Assembly: GCA_036676395.1 (NCBI GenBank) | Contig: JAKFCY010000002.1 | Location: 2,112,001-2,176,000, forward strand | Source: Bdellovibrio sp. | GTDB lineage: Bacteria; Bdellovibrionota; Bdellovibrionia; Bdellovibrionales; Bdellovibrionaceae | Direction: 5' to 3' | Length of the DNA stretch: 64,000 nt | Shown: positions 29,189-39,013 of the stretch, piece after piece | How the letters are laid out: every line of letters starts with the position of its first letter | How positions within the stretch are numbered: position 1 is the stretch's first letter | Notes under the pieces: generated by a model | Told to the model about the DNA's origin: nothing | Databases searched by the model: none | The model's input: the letters and a program-made list of their open reading frames with translations, nothing else | Program-made: the position numbers and the translations under genes

Positions 29189-30715
29189 TTACTTAGCACA
29201 CCATGGAAGTTCAGGCATGATACCGCACATGATTTGGCAAAGCATTGGATCACCAAGTGGACATTCGCCTTCGCCAGGAGTACCTGGATTAGAAGATTCA
29301 GTTTTTCCAACATTGATATCTAATGAAGAAACTGATCTGCCAGAAGCATCAGTAGCTTTAATAGTTACTGTACCTTGAACTTTACCAGTTAATAAACCTT
29401 CTTCAGTGATCGTTGCAATGTTTGCATCAGAAGATTCAAACTTAACTGCACCAGAAGAATTTTTCATTGCGAATTGTTGAGTTGCATCTACTGCTACAGT
29501 AGCCGCAGCCGGAACGATCCAAGATTGTTTGTCTAATAATGTAGTTACAGAAGCTAAAGCATCGATACGGCAGTTACATGCAGTTTCGATTTGTACTTTC
29601 GCGCCAGTAGATTGCATTAATGAACGAATCTCTGCACCAGTTAAAGTAGGGTCTTGTGCTTTTAAGAAAGCTACTAAACCAGCTACTAACGGTGTCGCCA
29701 TAGATGTACCAGATAAGTTTCCGTATTTGTTCGAAGGCAAAGTCGACATAATCGCATCACCCGGAGCCGCAATAGAAACCATCGCTTTACCGTAATTTGA
29801 CCAAGATGGTTTTGCATCAGAAGAATTTGATGCAGCAACCGCGATCATATTAGGCGTGTTAGCGTTTGTTGGGTACATTGCAGTGTTATCGTTATTTTTA
29901 CCATCATTCGCAGCAGCAGCTACGAAGATAATTCCTGCAGCGTCAGCACGTTTAACAGCTTCGATTAATGGTTGAGCCTGAGCAGTCGGAACTGCAGCTC
30001 CCCAAGAAGCAGAAATAACTTGAACGCCTTTTTCAATCGCGTAATCGATAGATTTAATACCGTTATCTAAATCGCCAGAACCATCTGCGCCTAAGAAACG
30101 GATTGGCATCATTTGTACTTCAGGAGAAATACCTTGAATACCGCCATCAACTAAACCAGTTGCACCAATGATACCAGCACAGTGAGTACCGTGACCTGGA
30201 TTTTGTGCGCCAGTTAAATCCATTGGATCATTATCGTTATCACGGTAATCGATACCGCTAACCATGTTTGGTGCTAAAGCACTGTGGTTGTAATCAATAC
30301 CAGTATCGATAACTGCAACAGTTACAGTTTTCTTACCTTTGTTACCAGCTTTTGCCCAAGCTTGTGGAGCATTCACTTTTGCTAAAGCATATTGCTCTTT
30401 AAGGCCCATGAAATCTACAGGAGTAGAGAAAGCTTTGATTTTGAAGTTAGGTACAACGTACTCAACGTTTGAATCTCTTAAGATTTCAGCTAACACGCGA
30501 ACTTTTTGAAATTCGTTGATGCTTACTTTTAAAAGTCTGCCCGGTTTGTGCATTGATCTTACTTGAAGACCATTTGATTCGTTTTGCATGAACACGATAT
30601 TGTTCACTGCTTTTTCGTTTTTGTACTTAACTAGAAATTCGCCAGCGTTAGCTGATAACGAAAGTCCTAATGAAGCAGCTAACAACAATACTTTTGTAGC
30701 TAGTTTAGATGTCAT
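29189..30715 (-). CDS. Secreted S8 subtilisin-like serine protease with Ig-like (Big_2) domain
   Basis: VAVIDTG, HGTHCAG and SGTSMATP triad motifs; FESSDANIATI Big_2-like segment; Cys-rich tail; AAGGAG upstream of ATG at 30715. Confidence 0.93.
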   Translation of the reverse strand: MTSKLATKVLLLAASLGLSLSANAGEFLVKYKNEKAVNNIVFMQNESNGLQVRSMHKPGRLLKVSINEFQKVRVLAEILRDSNVEYVVPNFKIKAFSTPVDFMGLKEQYALAKVNAPQAWAKAGNKGKKTVTVAVIDTGIDYNHSALAPNMVSGIDYRDNDNDPMDLTGAQNPGHGTHCAGIIGATGLVDGGIQGISPEVQMMPIRFLGADGSGDLDNGIKSIDYAIEKGVQVISASWGAAVPTAQAQPLIEAVKRADAAGIIFVAAAANDGKNNDNTAMYPTNANTPNMIAVAASNSSDAKPSWSNYGKAMVSIAAPGDAIMSTLPSNKYGNLSGTSMATPLVAGLVAFLKAQDPTLTGAEIRSLMQSTGAKVQIETACNCRIDALASVTTLLDKQSWIVPAAATVAVDATQQFAMKNSSGAVKFESSDANIATITEEGLLTGKVQGTVTIKATDASGRSVSSLDINVGKTESSNPGTPGEGECPLGDPMLCQIMCGIMPELPWCAK

Positions 30716-30898
30716 TTCCCTCTCCTTGGTGAAACATTTTTTTAGCAAATTTGCTTAGGTTCCAACTTGGAACCATTTTTTCTTTCAAGAATCGTATCCC
30801 GATGGACCCCTAAAACAAGAAAAAATTAAAAAAATAATAAACTAACGCAGCTGGACTTTGGTTGAGGTCGCACGATCAGCACGAAACACTCTATATAT

Positions 30899-31657
30899 AT
30901 GTCTTATCTACACGTCGTCATACTAGCCCTCGTTGAAGGCCTAACAGAATTTTTACCAGTGAGTTCTACAGGTCACCTTATTTTAACATCGCACTTCTTA
31001 GGATTAACATCTGACGCGTTTCTTAAAGCGTTCCAAATTATTATCCAATTTGGAGCTATCATGGCTGTTGTCGTGATGTACTTTCCGCGTTTTATTAAAA
31101 TAGATATTAATTTTTATAAAAAAATTGCGTTCGGTTCATTGCCGGTTCTTATCGCCGGATTTTTATTAAAAGATGTGATCGATCAATGGCTTGATAGCAC
31201 AGTGATTGTTGCCTGGTCGCTGGTGATCGGCGGAATCATTTTTGTGATCGCTGATTTGTATATCAAACCTATCGATGGCAAAGGCAATATTAGCATTCCT
31301 GATTCAATTAAAATCGGGCTTATTCAATGCATAGCTTTAATTCCGGGAATCTCAAGATCAGGAGCTACAATTTTAGGGGCGCAAGTCTTACGTTACGAAA
31401 AATCAGAGGCTGCCGAATTTTCATTTTTCTTGGCCGTACCCACCTTAACTGCGGCGACATTATATAAAGCCTGGAAAATTCGTCACATTGTCGATGCCAG
31501 TAACGCACCTCATTTAGTTGTGGGAATCATTTTATCTTTTATTTTTGCCTGGCTTGCGATCAAAGGTTTTATCGCTTTTGTTTCGCAGCATGGGTTTAAG
31601 TGGTTTGGTTTTTATCGTATAGTGCTTGGAATTATGGTGCTTATTTATGGAAAATAA
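30899..31657 (+). CDS. uppP: Undecaprenyl-diphosphatase
   Basis: EGLTEFLPVSSTGH, PGISRSGAT and AAEFSFFLAVP motifs. Confidence 0.96.
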   Translation: MSYLHVVILALVEGLTEFLPVSSTGHLILTSHFLGLTSDAFLKAFQIIIQFGAIMAVVVMYFPRFIKIDINFYKKIAFGSLPVLIAGFLLKDVIDQWLDSTVIVAWSLVIGGIIFVIADLYIKPIDGKGNISIPDSIKIGLIQCIALIPGISRSGATILGAQVLRYEKSEAAEFSFFLAVPTLTAATLYKAWKIRHIVDASNAPHLVVGIILSFIFAWLAIKGFIAFVSQHGFKWFGFYRIVLGIMVLIYGK

Positions 31658-32792
31658 TATTTTTCAAACTTCTGCAAATTTTATCTCTTTAGAAATGCAG
31701 GAGCTTTTAGACAGTCAAATCGTCGTCATGGCGAATTGGAAATGGCTGGCGCTGGCCGCATCTGTCTTGCTGGTTTTAATTATCAATAAACTTGTGCGAA
31801 TTCTTTTACACAAGGCAAAAAAAAGAATTCATCTTTCAGAAGAACGCACATTTTTTTCTTATTTCATTCAACAAAATATTGAGCGCGGCTTAAGTTGGAT
31901 TTTAGCAGCCCTTATCGGGATGGCACTGGTTGAAAATTTAGCCTTACCGGCAAACTTTGAAAAGTATTTGTTACTGCTTTTAAAAGTGACCCTGGGTCTT
32001 CATGTTCTGCGCTTAGCTTATTTTGCCGCCGACGCATCAGGATTACTAATCGATCATTTAGCCCACAAGCAACAATCGCAAATGGGTGATCAACTGGCTC
32101 CATTAGCAACCAAATCTTTAAAAGGCCTTGTGATCATTATCGGAACCCTGGTGATCTTGCAAAATTTCGGCGTCAACGTGACAGCTATCTTAGCCGGTCT
32201 TGGTTTAGGTGGCGTGGCCTTAGCGTTCGCAGCTCAAGACACCGTCGCGAATTTCTTTGGCACGATCACAATTTTATTAGATTCACCATTTCGTGTGGGC
32301 GACCACATTAAAATTATTGATGTCGAAGGCACCATTGAAGAAGTGGGTTTTAGATCTACCCGCATTCGTTCATTAACTAATTCAGTGATCACTTTACCAA
32401 ATTCTGTGGTGGCTAAAGAAAAAATCGATAACATCACTGAACGCCGGGGCATCTGCAGGTTTCGTCATATAGTGGGCTTCACCTATGCAGCTACACCAGA
32501 ACAAATCGAGCATTTCGTCGAACAACTTCGCTATTACTTAAAACAAGATCCCCGCGTGAACCAAGAACGCATAGTAATTCAATTTCATGAATTGGCCGAA
32601 AGCTCGCAAAATATTTTAATTCAGTTTCACTTCTTAGTGCAACCGCATGAAGCCGAGTCACAAATTCTACAGAAGTATTTATTAGATATCGTAAAACTAT
32701 CTCAAGCTTCAAAACTTGATTTCGCCTTCCCGACCAGAACTTTAATAATGGAATCTACGAGCGTAAAACTAAACAGCGCGCAAACTATCTAA
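31647..32792 (+). CDS. mscS: Small-conductance mechanosensitive channel
   Basis: GLGLGGVALAFAAQDTVANFF, PFRVGD and GFRSTRIR motifs. Confidence 0.92.
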   Translation: MENNIFQTSANFISLEMQELLDSQIVVMANWKWLALAASVLLVLIINKLVRILLHKAKKRIHLSEERTFFSYFIQQNIERGLSWILAALIGMALVENLALPANFEKYLLLLLKVTLGLHVLRLAYFAADASGLLIDHLAHKQQSQMGDQLAPLATKSLKGLVIIIGTLVILQNFGVNVTAILAGLGLGGVALAFAAQDTVANFFGTITILLDSPFRVGDHIKIIDVEGTIEEVGFRSTRIRSLTNSVITLPNSVVAKEKIDNITERRGICRFRHIVGFTYAATPEQIEHFVEQLRYYLKQDPRVNQERIVIQFHELAESSQNILIQFHFLVQPHEAESQILQKYLLDIVKLSQASKLDFAFPTRTLIMESTSVKLNSAQTI

Positions 32793-33356
32793 CCAGTTTC
32801 TAAAGCGCATAAACTGCGGGTCTGACTCTTCTGACATGACCTGCACGCGCTTTTTCTCTTTTTGGTCTTCAACTAATGAACACATCACTGAATAAACGTT
32901 ACCATCGCTGGTGTCGGTGATGCGAACGATAAAATATCCAGAAACCCAGGCTGGAATCAGATCATTAAAATGAATGCCACCTTCAGATAAATCGATTGTG
33001 GTGGTGTTAAAATTTTGATTCTGACCCAGAACAGTGACATTAAATTCTTTTTCAATACGGTCATGCAAACGTGGGTGTAATACTTTTTTAGTTTTTACGA
33101 CGAAATAATCAGTATCTGTGCTTTCAATCGCGGCATCTGCATTTAGGGCCGGATAACCTTCTTCAAATTTTCCCACAGGGGCATACAGTTCAGGAAATTG
33201 TTCACGTGAAACTTTATGCCATTCTTTGTCGTGCTGTTTGCAGACTTTCACAAGCTTTATTTCGTTACTTGAGAGCGTGTTAATCAACAACTGAACTTCG
33301 CGCTCAGCCAGTGAATAAAGTGTCCACCCTTTTAAAGAATTATGTAAAGCCCACAT
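32769..33356 (-). CDS. PilZ-domain c-di-GMP receptor
   Basis: RLHDR (RxxxR) and DLSEGG (D/NxSxxG) motifs are intact; GGGAG RBS before ATG at 33356. Confidence 0.8.
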   Translation of the reverse strand: MWALHNSLKGWTLYSLAEREVQLLINTLSSNEIKLVKVCKQHDKEWHKVSREQFPELYAPVGKFEEGYPALNADAAIESTDTDYFVVKTKKVLHPRLHDRIEKEFNVTVLGQNQNFNTTTIDLSEGGIHFNDLIPAWVSGYFIVRITDTSDGNVYSVMCSLVEDQKEKKRVQVMSEESDPQFMRFRNWLDSLRAV

Positions 33357-33378
33357 AGGTTGCTCCCTGTGAAAAGTA

Positions 33379-34614
33379 TTATTTTTTCTTTTTCTTAGCT
33401 GGTGCTGTCGGAAGCTTTGAAGCATCATAACCGACAGTTTCAGCTTTGATCTTTTCAGCTTCTAATTTCATTTTTTCAGCTTCAGCATTAGCTCTTTCGG
33501 TTTCAGATTTAACTTTGCTTTCTTCGGCCTGAGCTTTGAACTTTTCAACTGCCGCAGCTAAAGCTTCACGCTCTTGCTTGTTTTTCTCTGTGTCTTTTTT
33601 CATTTGTTCGATCTCAGCCTGGTTCTTTTTGATCTCAGCTTCTAACGAAGCTTGCGACTTTTTCAGCTGGTTCGACTCGGTGTTAAATTGTGCGCTTTCT
33701 TTTAGAAAAGTTGATTTAGTTTTTTCTAATTCAGCACGAGACTTTAAGTTTTGCTCTTTTAATTTATCTTCTTCTTTACGAACGCTTAAGAATTTTTCTT
33801 TTTCTTCGTTTAACTTCAATTGCGATTCTTTTTGTTCTGTTTCTATTTTTTTCACTTCTTCTTTTAAACGATCAACATTTGCCTGGGCCGTATCAATTAA
33901 CGATTTGTGTTTTGCTGCTTCAGCTTCGTTTTTCTTTTTTTCAGCTTCTGCACGTGCTTTTTCCTGAGTAAGCTTTGCTTCGTTCATTTTTAATTCAGCT
34001 TGCGCTTTTTGTGACTGCGCCTGGGCTTTAACTAAATTTTGCTGTAACGTTCTTTGTTCGTTCTGCTGTTCAGCCGTTTCTTTAATGGCTTTCGCTAATT
34101 CATCTTGTGATTTAGAGGTTTCTTTTTCAGTGTCTTTCCAGTTTTTTTCAGCATCACGGGCCGCTGTTTGGGCTGCTTTTGTTTTTTCTTTTGATTCAGC
34201 CGTTTGCTTTTTCAAAGCTTCAATTTTTTCATTAAACGATTTAGTCTTAGCTTCGAATTCAACTTTTTGTTTTTCGCTTTGCGCTTGCTGCTTTTCAGCC
34301 TCAGACATTTCAAGACGCATTTGCGCTAGTTCTTTTTCATATTGCGCTGTCATTTTTTTAGATTCAGCTTCGGCACCACGAGCTTTGTCTAAAGCTTTTT
34401 TTGCCTCATTTAAAACCTGATCATGCTTTTTCTTTTCTTCTTCTAAGCGCTTTTTAGCATCAGCTGCATTTATTTTTGCTTCAGCGGCATCACCGATCGC
34501 TTCTTCAGCCTGAATTTGCGTGTCAGTGGCATCTGCTGCTTGTACACTTTGGCTAACACCCTGAAATAAAAAAACAATTGAAACTAACAGAACAATTTTT
34601 TGCATCGAGAACAT
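33379..34614 (-). CDS. Exported long coiled-coil protein
   Basis: Signal peptide followed by ~350 aa of K/E/A/Q heptads; poly-Lys C-terminus. Confidence 0.75.
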   Translation of the reverse strand: MFSMQKIVLLVSIVFLFQGVSQSVQAADATDTQIQAEEAIGDAAEAKINAADAKKRLEEEKKKHDQVLNEAKKALDKARGAEAESKKMTAQYEKELAQMRLEMSEAEKQQAQSEKQKVEFEAKTKSFNEKIEALKKQTAESKEKTKAAQTAARDAEKNWKDTEKETSKSQDELAKAIKETAEQQNEQRTLQQNLVKAQAQSQKAQAELKMNEAKLTQEKARAEAEKKKNEAEAAKHKSLIDTAQANVDRLKEEVKKIETEQKESQLKLNEEKEKFLSVRKEEDKLKEQNLKSRAELEKTKSTFLKESAQFNTESNQLKKSQASLEAEIKKNQAEIEQMKKDTEKNKQEREALAAAVEKFKAQAEESKVKSETERANAEAEKMKLEAEKIKAETVGYDASKLPTAPAKKKKK

Positions 34615-34728
34615 ATAATAACCCCTTAAAACTCTATGAATTTATCTATTCATAGTAGCTCTGCTTCTTGAAATTGAATACTTCTTGCTTGTAATTAAAC
34701 ACTTAAGTCCAGATGAGCTTTCAAAACA

Positions 34729-35592
34729 TTATGTTTCTATCTGCGAATTGTTTGTTAAATCTTTTTTAAGAATGACGTCACGAGTGAATTCGTAACTGAA
34801 AAGTAAAGTTAAAGCGGTGTAATAAACCCAAACCAGTAATACAATTAATGACCCTGCGGCCCCGTATGAGGACTCAAGTCCTGCATTTCCCAAATACAAG
34901 CCAATAACCCGTTTACCGATTAAATAGAAAATCGTACTGATCACGCCTGAAATGATACAACTTTTATAAGTCGCCTTATCAGTGGGAACAAACCGGTAAA
35001 TGGCACTAAACACCAAGGCAAATAAACTAAAATTAACGGCAAACGAGACTAAGCCCCAAAAAAAACCCATACCTTCAGGATAAATAATCGCAATCACCAT
35101 AGTAAAAACTAAAGAGGCCACAGATAAAAAGGCAAAACCAAAAACTAAGCCCATCGAAAACAATTTACCCTTAACAAAAATCCAGAAACCACTGGGGTCT
35201 TTTGCAAAAGCGTGTTCATTAATTTTATCCAAAGCGATTTTTAGATTCGAAAAAATAGCTGAAGCTGAAATGGCTAAAACAATAACCCCAATGACTCCGG
35301 ATATTCCTGAAAGTTTTGGATTGCTGTCTGCACTTTCAATCATCGCCAATATGGTTCCCGCAATTTTTTCACCGACGGCTGTCGTTAAGCCTTCGTAAAT
35401 ATTTTGCTGCAAGTCTGGAGACAGTAATGATGCAAACGATAAAGTAATTAACAAAAACGGGGCAAGCGCCAGTGCCGTTGTGTAGGCCAAAGAACTGGCC
35501 ATAACAAAAATATCATGCTTACTTGCATTAGAAACCGCATTCGATAAGCGGGTTTTGAATTCAGAAAAGGGCATTTTTTGAATCAACTGCAT
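34729..35592 (-). CDS. YihY/BrkB family membrane protein
   Basis: ASSLAYTTALALAP and YGAAGSLIVLLVWVYY motifs. Confidence 0.9.
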   Translation of the reverse strand: MQLIQKMPFSEFKTRLSNAVSNASKHDIFVMASSLAYTTALALAPFLLITLSFASLLSPDLQQNIYEGLTTAVGEKIAGTILAMIESADSNPKLSGISGVIGVIVLAISASAIFSNLKIALDKINEHAFAKDPSGFWIFVKGKLFSMGLVFGFAFLSVASLVFTMVIAIIYPEGMGFFWGLVSFAVNFSLFALVFSAIYRFVPTDKATYKSCIISGVISTIFYLIGKRVIGLYLGNAGLESSYGAAGSLIVLLVWVYYTALTLLFSYEFTRDVILKKDLTNNSQIET

Positions 35593-35733
35593 ATGTTAAA
35601 TTTAAAAAGCAAACTTAGAACCAGCTTTTTTCGACCTATTCCGCCACAAACTCGAAACAGCTATCCAGTGACGCGCGTTTCGCGTCACTGTCCAGTGGAT
35701 ATACAGCTCAAATCGCATAAATTGCTTTAAAAC

Positions 35734-35750
35734 TTGGTCACACTATTGCT
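35734..35750 (+). promoter_or_regulatory. Sigma54 (-24/-12) promoter
   Basis: TTGGTCACACTATTGCT with GG-N10-GC spacing; predicted +1 at G35761. Confidence 0.65.
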
Positions 35751-35760
35751 CTATATAAAA

Positions 35761-35812
35761 GCACCCCCCATGGCGGCTAGGCATCCCCCCCTTACCTGGC
35801 CGTCTTTTTTTT
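35761..35812 (+). ncRNA. Candidate ~52-nt C-rich small RNA
   Basis: GCACCCCCCAU, then a 10-bp stem GGCGGCUAGG/CCUGGCCGUC with loop CAUCCCCCCCUUA and a U8 tail, directly after the sigma54 motif. Confidence 0.6.
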
Positions 35813-35852
35813 CTCTTTTCTATAAAGCCCAAAAAAATGCTTAAATTAAGAA

Positions 35853-36557
35853 ATGCGATACGCATTACTTATCCCCATTTTACTATTAACTCTGATGGCA
35901 CAGGCCAATTTCGCTCAACCTGTCGCAAAACCCTTTGTGTTGGTGATTGATCCGGGACACGGTGGCGTCGATGTTGGGGCTGTGCGCGGAATTTTCAAAG
36001 AATCTGACATTACGCTTAAAGTAGCGCAAAAAATCCAGAGCCTGATTCAAAGCCAGTTCTCACAGAATATCGAAGTGATTCTCACTCGTGAAACAAACAA
36101 AAGTTTATCCTTAGAAAATCGCGTAAAAGTGGCCGAAAGACAAAACGCTGATCTTTTCATTAGCCTTCACGCCAACTCTTCACAGGCAAGTTATGTGAGC
36201 GGCATGGAGTTCTATTTTAGAAAAGGTGACAACAAAGTAAAAATGCCTGCGATTGAAGCCTCTATAGGAGTTAAAAAAATTATTGGCGATCTGACCAGCT
36301 TTGGTCAAACCAGACAGAGTCTTAAGTTTAATCAAATTTTGCAAAACCAAGTTAAGGCCTTAGGCAAAGACTCTAAAACCGTTATTAAACGCGCACCATT
36401 TTTTGTGATCGAAAAAACCACGATGCCTTCTGCGCTGATTGAAATTGGCTACATTTCCAATTTAAGCGAAGCGAAACTGCTTCTCACCGAAGAGCGTCAA
36501 CAAGAGATTGCTGAAACGATTGTCAAAAGCATTTACGGCTATAAAAATTCACTCTAG
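35853..36557 (+). CDS. N-acetylmuramoyl-L-alanine amidase (Amidase_3)
   Basis: IDPGHGG, SLHAN and ALIEIGYISN motifs; signal peptide. Confidence 0.92.
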   Translation: MRYALLIPILLLTLMAQANFAQPVAKPFVLVIDPGHGGVDVGAVRGIFKESDITLKVAQKIQSLIQSQFSQNIEVILTRETNKSLSLENRVKVAERQNADLFISLHANSSQASYVSGMEFYFRKGDNKVKMPAIEASIGVKKIIGDLTSFGQTRQSLKFNQILQNQVKALGKDSKTVIKRAPFFVIEKTTMPSALIEIGYISNLSEAKLLLTEERQQEIAETIVKSIYGYKNSL

Positions 36558-36598
36558 ATTCCCTTTACTTTCACTCGAGGATTTAGTGTTATATCCAG

Positions 36599-37369
36599 AT
36601 GACAAATCCATCTCAACACTTCGTTCGCGCCGACAAACGTCTTCACAATCAACTTCGCCAAATTAAAATTACCGCGAATGTTTCAGACTACGCTGAAGGC
36701 TCTGCTTTAGTTGAATTCGGAAACACCCGCGTACTTTGCACAGCGACTTACGAATCGAAAGCCCCGCAATGGCTTGCTGGTTCTGGTGCTGGTTGGGTCA
36801 CTGCTGAATATGGCATGTTACCGCGCTCGACTCACACACGCATGAAACGCGAAAAAACGGCAAGTGGTGGTCGCACCCAAGAAATTTCAAGATTAGTTGG
36901 GCGCAGTCTTCGTTCATGTGTTGAATTAAAAAACCTAGGTGAAAAACAAATCATCATCGATTGCGATGTGATCAACGCCGATGGTGGAACTCGCACCGCT
37001 GCAGTTACAGGTGGATTTGTAGCGTTAGCTTTAGCTTGCAAAAAATTACAAGCCCTTGGTGAAATTAAAACTAATCCTATCAAACATTATGTCGCGGCAA
37101 TTTCTGTTGGTCTTTTTGAAGATGATAAAAATAATTTAATTCCAATCTTAGATTTAAATTACGACGAAGATTCTGATATCGGCACAGATATGAATTTCGT
37201 AATGACAAATAAAAATGAATTCATCGAAGTGCAAGGTACGGCTGAAGAAGGCACGTTCTCGCGTCAGCAATTGTTTGACATGATGACGATCGCTGAACAC
37301 GGCTGCAAAGAATTATTTGAATACCAACAAAAAATCATCGGCGAGTATTATCCGCTGGTTAAGGCTTAA
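36599..37369 (+). CDS. rph: Ribonuclease PH
   Basis: GWVTAEYGMLPRSTHTR, GRTQEISRLVGRSLR and ADGGTRTA motifs. Confidence 0.97.
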   Translation: MTNPSQHFVRADKRLHNQLRQIKITANVSDYAEGSALVEFGNTRVLCTATYESKAPQWLAGSGAGWVTAEYGMLPRSTHTRMKREKTASGGRTQEISRLVGRSLRSCVELKNLGEKQIIIDCDVINADGGTRTAAVTGGFVALALACKKLQALGEIKTNPIKHYVAAISVGLFEDDKNNLIPILDLNYDEDSDIGTDMNFVMTNKNEFIEVQGTAEEGTFSRQQLFDMMTIAEHGCKELFEYQQKIIGEYYPLVKA

Positions 37370-37371
37370 CG

Positions 37372-37968
37372 ATGGAACTTTGGATCGCCACTGGCAATAA
37401 AGGTAAACTTGAAGAATACAAAATGGCATTGCGTGCATTGCCAGAGATTCAACTTTTTCATCAAGGCGAAATCAAAGGCTTCACTGCCCGTCCAGAAGAC
37501 GGCGCAACTTTTTTAGATAATGCGCGCATTAAAGCAAAAACTTTAAAAGCGATTAAACCTGACGCTTTTGTTTTAGGTGAAGACGCAGGCCTTGAAGTGA
37601 CTGGTTTAAATAATTTACCCGGCGTTCACTCAGCACGTTACGCAGGTGCCAACGCAGCTGATAGCGAAAACGTCGCAAAACTTTTAAAGATGATGCAAAT
37701 CAGAAATATTTCTCCGCGCACGGCCCAATTTAAATGTGTGACGGTTGTATTAACTCCCGATAATCAAGAATGGATTTTCGAAGGCGTTATGAAAGGCGTG
37801 ATCAGCTCAAAGGCCACAGGGCAAATGGGCTTTGGTTACGACCCGGTATTTATTCCTGAAAATGAAACTAAAACTCTGGCAGAACTTGGTCCCGGTTATA
37901 AGATCCAGCACTCGCACAGAGCTCAAGCGTTGAATCAGTTTATTTCGAAATTGAATTCGACAAAGTAA
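37372..37968 (+). CDS. rdgB: dITP/XTP pyrophosphatase (Ham1 family)
   Basis: ATGNKGK, PGVHSARYAG, GFGYDPVF and SHR motifs. Confidence 0.95.
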   Translation: MELWIATGNKGKLEEYKMALRALPEIQLFHQGEIKGFTARPEDGATFLDNARIKAKTLKAIKPDAFVLGEDAGLEVTGLNNLPGVHSARYAGANAADSENVAKLLKMMQIRNISPRTAQFKCVTVVLTPDNQEWIFEGVMKGVISSKATGQMGFGYDPVFIPENETKTLAELGPGYKIQHSHRAQALNQFISKLNSTK

Positions 37969-37994
37969 CTGCACCACAGTCATAGGGGGATGAA

Positions 37995-38954
37995 ATGACA
38001 GATGCAAAAAACAGAAACTTTAAGGTGTTCGCAGGTAATACAAACCTCGAACTTTCAAAACAAGTCTGCAATATTTTAGGAATTCCGTTAGGTGAAAGCA
38101 AAGTCACAAGCTTTTCTGACGGCGAAATCCAAGTCGAGATTCACGAATCAGTGCGCGGCAAAGATATCTTTGTTATTCAAAGCACTTGTCCTCCAGTGAA
38201 CCAAAGTTACATGGAATTATTTATTATTCTTGATGCCCTTAAAAGAGCCTCGGCGGCTTCAATCACGGCCGTGATTCCGTATTACGGTTATGCCCGCCAA
38301 GATCGCAAAGTCGCCCCACGCGCACCGATCACCGCAAAATGTATGGCCGATTTAATCACTACAGCGGGAGCTGATCGCGTAGTATCCGTTGATCTTCATG
38401 CTGCCCAAATTCAAGGCTTTTTCAACTGCCCGTTTGATCACTTATTCGGAGTTCCGACTTTAGCCCGCGCCTGGAAAGACGCTTACGGCGAAGGCGAAGC
38501 TTATGTGACAGTAAGCCCTGATGCTGGCGGCGTTGAACGCGCCCGCGCCTTCTCTAAACGCATTGGTTCGACTTTGGCCATTATCGACAAGCGCAGAACG
38601 GCTCCGAATGAGGCTAAAGCGATGCATTTAATCGGTGATGTTCAGGGTAAAATTGCTGTGATCGTGGATGACATGATCGATACGGCTGGAACGTTAACAC
38701 AAGCTGTTGACAGCCTCCTTAAAAATGGTGCAAAACAAGTGTTCGCCGTTGCTACGCACCCGGTATTTTCTGGTCCGGCTATTAGCCGTTTACAAGAAAG
38801 TGCCATTGAAAAAGTATTTGTGACTGACACAATTCCTTTATCTGAGCAGGCAAAAAAATGCAGCAAAATCCAAGTCATTTCGGTGGCCGGGGTTTTAGCT
38901 GAAGCGATCAGAAGAATTCACGACCACGATTCAGTGAGTTCACTTTTCGACTAA
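37995..38954 (+). CDS. prs: Ribose-phosphate pyrophosphokinase
   Basis: PYYGYARQDRK, DLHAAQIQGFF and VDDMIDTAGT motifs. Confidence 0.97.
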   Translation: MTDAKNRNFKVFAGNTNLELSKQVCNILGIPLGESKVTSFSDGEIQVEIHESVRGKDIFVIQSTCPPVNQSYMELFIILDALKRASAASITAVIPYYGYARQDRKVAPRAPITAKCMADLITTAGADRVVSVDLHAAQIQGFFNCPFDHLFGVPTLARAWKDAYGEGEAYVTVSPDAGGVERARAFSKRIGSTLAIIDKRRTAPNEAKAMHLIGDVQGKIAVIVDDMIDTAGTLTQAVDSLLKNGAKQVFAVATHPVFSGPAISRLQESAIEKVFVTDTIPLSEQAKKCSKIQVISVAGVLAEAIRRIHDHDSVSSLFD

Positions 38955-38973
38955 ATATTTTAACAAACAAACT

Positions 38974-39013
38974 CCACCGATGAGTAAGGCAATTAAGCCT
39001 GATGAGTAAGTGG
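38974..39013 (+). promoter_or_regulatory. Structured rplY leader (candidate bL25 autoregulatory element)
   Basis: CCAC/GUGG and AGGC/GCCU stems flank a 9x9 internal loop carrying GAUGAGUA on both strands. Confidence 0.5.

Noticed and set aside
12109..34420. Many antisense ORFs in the track (e.g. 12109-12402, 18113-18427, 23686-24066, 33536-33967)
   Set aside because: They lie wholly opposite well-supported genes and mirror their low-complexity codon patterns; treated as shadow ORFs.
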